The position numbers and the translations under genes were made by a program. DNA of 64,000 nt from Thermoproteota archaeon (GTDB taxonomy: Archaea > Thermoproteota > Methanomethylicia > Culexarchaeales > Culexarchaeaceae): assembly GCA_020833005.1 (NCBI GenBank), contig JAJHRD010000003.1, positions 63,567 to 127,566 on the forward strand. Reading direction: 5' to 3'. Below are positions 58,197 through 64,000 of the stretch, piece by piece (the stretch's first letter is position 1; each line of letters opens with the position of its first letter). The notes under the pieces were generated by a model. The model did no database searches. It was not told the DNA's origin and saw only the letters and a list, made by a program, of their open reading frames with translations.

Positions 58197-59803
58197 GCTT
58201 CCAATACAACACCACTTAAAGCCCTATCCGAAACAACCTTAACAACTCTAACTTTAACCACTTTGCCAATAAATTTTGATGCAAAATTTTGATTCTCAAT
58301 GAATATTACTGGGCCATGCATGAATGGATAAGCCACAATCCCCCTACCACCTGGAAATGCTTCAACAATAAATGCATCCAAAACCAATCCAACCCACTTA
58401 CCCTTCAACTTCGAATTCAATTCATTAGCCTTACTGGCAATTATCCTACTAGCCTCATCACTGAAGCTTGGTGGAGCTTTAGGGAAATCTGCGAATGCTG
58501 ACATGGGTAGTGGCGTGAAGCGATACAACGTTATCTTCTCAGCACCAGCCTTAACGGCCTCATCCATAACCCTTGAAGTTTCAATTGCCACATTAACATC
58601 TTGTCCGGGTAAGCCGTGAATGAAATATGCATATGGAATTAAGCCATACCTCCTAAGAATTTTAATGGCCTTCAAAGCTTGATGTGGGGTTGAGGGTCTT
58701 CCAAGAGCTATGGAGTGAGATTCACTACCAGTTTCAACGCCAATGCTAACTGGGGTTCCATGAAGATATTTACCTAAAACCCTAGCCACAGATTCATCTA
58801 CGAGGGATGGCTTAACATTCTCTATTGATATGAAAAGCTTTAACCCAAACTCCTTCTCTAAACCCTTAACCCTATCTAGGAGCTTCTCAATGGCATCAAT
58901 GTTTGGTGGAGGATTGGAGGGGTCTGTGAGGGGTTCAGGCTCCACAAGTAAATCCCTACCATAATCTAGGAAGTCTGAAGCGCCTAAAATGAACCTTCTA
59001 CAACCAGCTTCAATTAAACCCTTAATCTCATCCACTATGGATTCAATGGATCTACTCCTAGATGGGCCGAATAGGCTTGGGACTGAGCAATATCCACAGC
59101 CTGGAGGTATGTTTAGGGGGCAGTAATATCTATTGCTTAGGGGGCCAGTGTAGCATTTACCACAATCATTACATTTACGTCCATCTGGAAGCTGAATCTT
59201 TGCTCGTTTAAAGTTGCTGCAACCTCTAACTGCTTCCACATATATCCTACATGCATAGTATCCCCAATAATTCCTAATCACCTTAACGGATGGTTTGAAG
59301 GAGTTTAATTCAATTCTAGACATGAATGGTCTTAGGGGGTTGACAACAATCTCTGAGCCAACCCTATAAGCTAAACCACTAATATCTTTAAGGAAATCCA
59401 TGTCACCACTAGATTTGAGTTTATTGAGGAATTCAGATAGCGATTTCTCAGCTTCACCTATAAATGCAATGTCAAATTCAGCTTTAATTAAAGCTTCATA
59501 GGGATCTGAGGCTATTGGACCACCAATGACAGTTAAACCGTCACTAACCCTACTCCAAAGCCTCCTAATCCTACGAACAGTGGGTATATCCACACTCATT
59601 GCGCTTACCATTAAAATATCAAACCCATTTAGTAATGATGGATTTCTGAGGACACTATAGTATGGCTTCAAATCGAATTCGAATCCAAGCTTCTCCAAAA
59701 CTCCAGCCACAGTTCTAGGGCCACATCCAATGACATCTATGGTTGCATGTCTACCCTCAGAGCCTGAGCCTACAGCATCAACAATGATTATCTTCATAGC
59801 CAA
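58193..59803 (-). CDS. Radical SAM-like protein with N-terminal B12-binding-like (flavodoxin-fold) domain, Cys-rich insertion in the cluster motif and C-terminal TRAM-like domain
   Basis: MKIIIVDAVGSGSEG N-terminal Rossmann-like domain. VRGCSNF...[35-aa insertion with CNDCGKC...C]...CGYCSVP. C-terminal KVVKVRVVKVV TRAM-like beta barrel. Confidence 0.45.
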   Translation of the reverse strand: MAMKIIIVDAVGSGSEGRHATIDVIGCGPRTVAGVLEKLGFEFDLKPYYSVLRNPSLLNGFDILMVSAMSVDIPTVRRIRRLWSRVSDGLTVIGGPIASDPYEALIKAEFDIAFIGEAEKSLSEFLNKLKSSGDMDFLKDISGLAYRVGSEIVVNPLRPFMSRIELNSFKPSVKVIRNYWGYYACRIYVEAVRGCSNFKRAKIQLPDGRKCNDCGKCYTGPLSNRYYCPLNIPPGCGYCSVPSLFGPSRSRSIESIVDEIKGLIEAGCRRFILGASDFLDYGRDLLVEPEPLTDPSNPPPNIDAIEKLLDRVKGLEKEFGLKLFISIENVKPSLVDESVARVLGKYLHGTPVSIGVETGSESHSIALGRPSTPHQALKAIKILRRYGLIPYAYFIHGLPGQDVNVAIETSRVMDEAVKAGAEKITLYRFTPLPMSAFADFPKAPPSFSDEASRIIASKANELNSKLKGKWVGLVLDAFIVEAFPGGRGIVAYPFMHGPVIFIENQNFASKFIGKVVKVRVVKVVSDRALSGVVLEA

Positions 59804-59811
59804 TTACACGA

Positions 59812-60078
59812 TCACTTCAATGGGCGTCTAATGGTAGCTATGGAATTGTCGGCAATACCAAGAGAAGCCATTTGAGCTGGATTAGCCCAAACTTCCCTCT
59901 CAGGAACCTTATCATCAGCTACAACCGTTAACACACATTTACGCTTACCAGCAATAACAACTTCAATTTTATCTGTAATTTGAAGCTGCTTCATCATGGA
60001 ACTATTCATCTTAGCCATCCCTTCATCGACACCTTCAATACGCCTTATCCGCAACCTCTTCTCAGGAACCTTAGACAT
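59812..60078 (-). CDS. Small CDC48-N/VAT-N-like (double-psi barrel) domain protein
   Basis: LRIRRIEGVDEGMAKMNSSMMKQLQITDKIEVVIAGKRKCVLTVVADD resembles the VAT-N substrate-binding fold. Confidence 0.3.
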   Translation of the reverse strand: MSKVPEKRLRIRRIEGVDEGMAKMNSSMMKQLQITDKIEVVIAGKRKCVLTVVADDKVPEREVWANPAQMASLGIADNSIATIRRPLK

Positions 60079-60130
60079 ATGGCATCAACCAATAATATGA
60101 TGATTCATTGGATATTATAAATGTTGATGT

Positions 60131-61861
60131 TTACTTGAATGGTGTTCCAAGATCGTCAAATGAAAGCTTATAATTGAAGTATTTATGAAGTTTGAGTGGC
60201 AAATCATCTATGGGGGATCTAACTTGCCTCCATGAATCCCTATCCCTCAAAGTAACAGTATTATCATTGAGAGACTGATAATCAATGGTTATGGCTATTG
60301 GAACCCCTATTTCATCAGCCCTAGCATACCTCCTACCAATAGATCCGGAATCATCATAATCAACAGTGAAACCTTCATCCAAAAGCATACGATAAACCTT
60401 CAATGCAAATTCTGGGAGGCCATCCTTAGATACCAATGGTAAAACAATCAACTGTATTGGAGCAATATCCCTTGGGAGGGATAAAACCGTTCTACCACCC
60501 TTCTCACCATAAGCATACTCAAGAGTTGCATAAACTATTCTATCAGCTCCAAAGGATGGTTCAACAACATGTGGTAAGATATGTTTACCCTTAACCTCCA
60601 CATCTTCAACGAGGACATCGAAATCATCCTTAAATAATTTTACGCCACCAACCTCAATGAATCCTTCACGTTTAAATGCCACTTCCAATATCGATGGATC
60701 TATGGATTTAAGTATGCCATCAGCCTTATCACCAAGCTTCCCCCTTATAACATCGATCTTCGGAACATACTTAGTTACACGTTCAACCCTAGGACTATCA
60801 AATTGCTTATAAACCCTCAAATCCACACCACTAAACACCATATGTCTACCAAGATCGTAATCTGTCCTATAAGCATAACCAGCAATTTCAACATACCCCC
60901 ACCTCTCCAACTTAACAACTTGATCAAAAGTTTGAGCAGAATAGTGAGCTCTCTCCTGTGGAGGTTTATCTATGAAGAATTGGGAGTTGAAGGGTATACC
61001 GAGGGATTCAGCAAACCTCCTACCCAAAACCATGAAGTAAGCTTGCCACTCATTGGATATCATACCCTTATCAACAGCTTCACCAGCTGAGATAGTTATG
61101 GGCTCAAAAACCTTTGAAGTAGCTTGGGATTGTGGAACTATCCTCAAAAGCTCATTTCTACATTCATTGAAGAAGGGGCATTTCGGATCTTCAGGGTCAA
61201 AGAAGAATTCAACCTCCATTATGGTGAACTCCCTAAGCCTTATAGGCCCCTGCCTAGGGGAAATTTCATTCCTCAAAACACGTCCAATTTGAGCTATACC
61301 TATTGGTAGTTTCCCCCTACAAGCCTCATATACACGTTTAAATGCTAGAAACATTCCCTGAGCAGCTTCAGGTCTACAGTAACCAACATCCTCACTATAT
61401 GGTCCAATGGTGGTTTTGAATAGTAAACTGAAATTTTTAACATCGCTCAATCTCCCACCACACTCTGGACACCTTAACCCCCTCTCAGAAATTATATTAT
61501 TCAATTCATCTCTAGATAGAGATTCAACGCCACCAATTCCAGTCAACTGCTCCACAAGGTGATCAGCCCTATACTTCCTACCACAAGATAAACACTCCAC
61601 GAGGTAGTCTGTGAAGTGTTCAACATGCCCCGAAGCCTCCAAAACTCTACTTGGAAGTACGATTGGAGTTTCAATTTCAAAAATTAAGCCAGCATGCCTA
61701 TGAATGAAAAACTGCCTCCACTTATTCTCAATCCTATGCTTCATCAATGTTCCAAGGGGGCCGAAGTCTATGAATCCCCTCACACCACCATAAATCTCCA
61801 TGGAAGGCCAGAGGAATCCTCTCCTCCTAGAAAACTCCATTAAACGCTCATACCTATCCAT
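60131..61861 (-). CDS. glyS: Glycyl-tRNA synthetase (archaeal/eukaryotic alpha2 type); start at internal Met MDRYERL (ORF open to 61948)
   Basis: N-terminus MDRYERLMEFSRRRGFLWPSMEIYGG is typical of GlyRS. Class II motifs and anticodon-binding domain present. Confidence 0.9.
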   Translation of the reverse strand: MDRYERLMEFSRRRGFLWPSMEIYGGVRGFIDFGPLGTLMKHRIENKWRQFFIHRHAGLIFEIETPIVLPSRVLEASGHVEHFTDYLVECLSCGRKYRADHLVEQLTGIGGVESLSRDELNNIISERGLRCPECGGRLSDVKNFSLLFKTTIGPYSEDVGYCRPEAAQGMFLAFKRVYEACRGKLPIGIAQIGRVLRNEISPRQGPIRLREFTIMEVEFFFDPEDPKCPFFNECRNELLRIVPQSQATSKVFEPITISAGEAVDKGMISNEWQAYFMVLGRRFAESLGIPFNSQFFIDKPPQERAHYSAQTFDQVVKLERWGYVEIAGYAYRTDYDLGRHMVFSGVDLRVYKQFDSPRVERVTKYVPKIDVIRGKLGDKADGILKSIDPSILEVAFKREGFIEVGGVKLFKDDFDVLVEDVEVKGKHILPHVVEPSFGADRIVYATLEYAYGEKGGRTVLSLPRDIAPIQLIVLPLVSKDGLPEFALKVYRMLLDEGFTVDYDDSGSIGRRYARADEIGVPIAITIDYQSLNDNTVTLRDRDSWRQVRSPIDDLPLKLHKYFNYKLSFDDLGTPFK

Positions 61862-61969
61862 AGCAATCCCAACAAAAGTAAAAAGATGGGCAAATACATT
61901 AAAATATTTCTCACAACTGACGGTAAACAATTTTAAATCATACAACATTATAATTCAATAGTGTCATAA

Positions 61970-62857
61970 TTGGAGTGGTTGAAGTACCACTTAAGCGATG
62001 AGGGGAAATACTTCAATGGGAAACAATGCGAAATAAGTGAAGCGGAATTCATATTATTCGGTGCACCAATAGACTCCACATCAACGTATAGAACTGGATC
62101 TAGGGAAGCCCCTCCAATGATAAGACTTGCATCACTAAACGTGGAGACATACAGCTTCAGAAATGAAATGGATGCATTGGATTTAAAGATTCACGATGCA
62201 GGTGATATACCCCAAACACCAAACATAAATGAAGCTTTAAACAGAATCTCAAAAATTGTAAGTGAAATTGTGAAGATGGGGAAGAAGCCAATAATGATAG
62301 GAGGCGAACACACAGTAACCTATGGAGCTATAAAAGCATTGAAGAAGCCAATCATAATATTCGATGCACACATGGACTTAAGAGATGAATATCCATATGG
62401 TGTAAAGATGAGTCACGCCACAGTTTCAAGGAGGATAACTGATGAAATTGGAGCGGAAAATGTATTCATAATTGGCGTGAGAGCCACATGTAAAGATGAA
62501 ATTGAATATGCAAGAAGGGTTGGATTAAAGTATAAAACGTCAATGGAGGTAATGGAAAACTCAGCGAAAGATTTAATGAAAGATATTAAGTTGAATGGAA
62601 ATGATGTATGGATATCAATAGACATGGATGTACTAGACCCGTCAATAGCCCCAGGAGTTGGAAACCCGGAACCTGAAGGGATATCCGTAACAAAACTCCT
62701 AGACATACTACAATGGATAGCTATGAATAAGAAGGTTATTGGATTCGATCTAGTTGAAGTATCCCCACCATACGATAATGGGGTAACATCAATAACAGCT
62801 GCAAAAATAATACTTGAATTGGCATGCATGATAAGTAAGTGGAAAACTAGAGTTTAA
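61970..62857 (+). CDS. speB: Agmatinase (arginase/ureohydrolase family)
   Basis: Mn-binding motifs GGEHTVTYG, IFDAHMDLRD and SIDMDVLDP. Confidence 0.8.
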   Translation: MEWLKYHLSDEGKYFNGKQCEISEAEFILFGAPIDSTSTYRTGSREAPPMIRLASLNVETYSFRNEMDALDLKIHDAGDIPQTPNINEALNRISKIVSEIVKMGKKPIMIGGEHTVTYGAIKALKKPIIIFDAHMDLRDEYPYGVKMSHATVSRRITDEIGAENVFIIGVRATCKDEIEYARRVGLKYKTSMEVMENSAKDLMKDIKLNGNDVWISIDMDVLDPSIAPGVGNPEPEGISVTKLLDILQWIAMNKKVIGFDLVEVSPPYDNGVTSITAAKIILELACMISKWKTRV

Positions 62858-62990
62858 TCCTCTTAACTATTGGAGATCTAACCTTATAGAAAACCCTATA
62901 ACCACACATTGGACAACGCATTCCTGGAACAGCCTCAAAATCCTTCATACCACCAATAATGTAACCACATCTACCACAACGATAAGGCAT
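62847..62990 (-). CDS. rpoP: DNA-directed RNA polymerase subunit P (Rpo12/RpoP), 47 aa; not in the ORF track
   Basis: The minus-strand translation MPYRCGRCGYIIGGMKDFEAVPGMRCPMCGYRVFYKVRSPIVKRIKL has the CxxC...CPxCG zinc ribbon typical of RpoP/Rpb12. 11-nt 3' overlap with speB. Confidence 0.7.
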   Translation of the reverse strand: MPYRCGRCGYIIGGMKDFEAVPGMRCPMCGYRVFYKVRSPIVKRIKL

Positions 62991-63114
62991 AAATTATCAA
63001 TGTAGGTTGAACCCAACATAAATATATACCTTACCGTCATTACAATTTCCAAATGGAAATACAAACACTTATAAGATGGAAATAAACTAAATATTATCTG
63101 ATAAGGAGGAAGAT

Positions 63115-63429
63115 ATGTCCAAGAGTCAAATATGCCCCATATGCGGTTTACCAAAAGACCTATGTGTATGTCAATCAATAGCTAAGGAGCAACAAGTAAT
63201 AAAGATTAAGCTTGAAACAAGGAAGTGGGGTAGGGAAGTAACAATAATAAATGGGATAAATGATAAAGATGTAGATATACATCAAGTGGTAAGCGTACTA
63301 AAGAGTAGATTGGCATGTGGAGGGACTGCAAAGGAGGGTAGAATAGAATTGCAAGGGGATCATAGGCAAAGAGTAAAGGAGATACTTGTAGAATTGGGAT
63401 TCCCAAAGGAAAATATCGAAGTGGAATAA
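63115..63429 (+). CDS. sui1: Translation initiation factor SUI1 (aIF1)
   Basis: N-terminal Zn-knuckle CPICGLPKDLCVC and the SUI1 fold motif (KWGREVTIINGI...). 104 aa. Confidence 0.9.
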   Translation: MSKSQICPICGLPKDLCVCQSIAKEQQVIKIKLETRKWGREVTIINGINDKDVDIHQVVSVLKSRLACGGTAKEGRIELQGDHRQRVKEILVELGFPKENIEVE

Positions 63430-63554
63430 GGAAACCACAAATATAAAATTGAATTAAAGGAGTACTGATACATGATCAAACCAAGAATAAAATTAGCCAT
63501 GAATGTTAACAGTAAAATTTGGATTAACATTTAAAACCAAGTCTATAATATTAA

Positions 63555-64000
<446 letters not shown>

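Overview
This looks like a low-GC (about 35-40%) archaeal chromosomal segment, probably from a peptide-fermenting crenarchaeon, gene-dense on both strands with frequent 4-nt start/stop overlaps. Informational genes I recognise include one tRNA-Gln(TTG) gene, tfb, cysS, glyS, the tRNA-splicing endonuclease endA, alba, xpd, RNA polymerase subunit P (rpoP, missing from the ORF track), aSUI1 and a 5' partial RuvB-like TIP49. Metabolic and cofactor genes include thyX, thiC, thiD/N, an RbkR-type riboflavin kinase, the anaerobic nrdD/nrdG/nrdH-like cluster, archaeal iPGM next to a cDPG-synthetase-like gene, deoxyhypusine synthase and agmatinase. There is a striking concentration of peptidases (M24, M19, D-aminoacylase, S9 and two M14), a dtxR-dtxR/feoA-feoB iron operon, a PhoU/TrkA-C pair with an MgtE/SLC41-like transporter, and a TAXI-TRAP-like transporter. 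The best candidates for undescribed biology are: (i) an overlapping pair of paralogous genes whose C-termini look like the HhH-GPD/endonuclease III [4Fe-4S] cluster loop, one of them fused to prenyltransferase/terpene-cyclase-like QxxDGGW repeats; (ii) a tightly coupled four-gene operon of uncharacterised membrane proteins arranged as two duplicated bitopic+polytopic modules; (iii) a membrane-anchored HerA/FtsK-type ATPase with a coiled-coil tail translationally overlapping xpd; (iv) a radical-SAM/B12-like/TRAM protein with a Cys-rich insertion in its cluster motif; and (v) candidate regulatory palindromes and motifs. No CRISPR array, rRNA or obvious mobile element is visible. All calls come from reading the translated ORFs and the DNA by eye; no searches were run.
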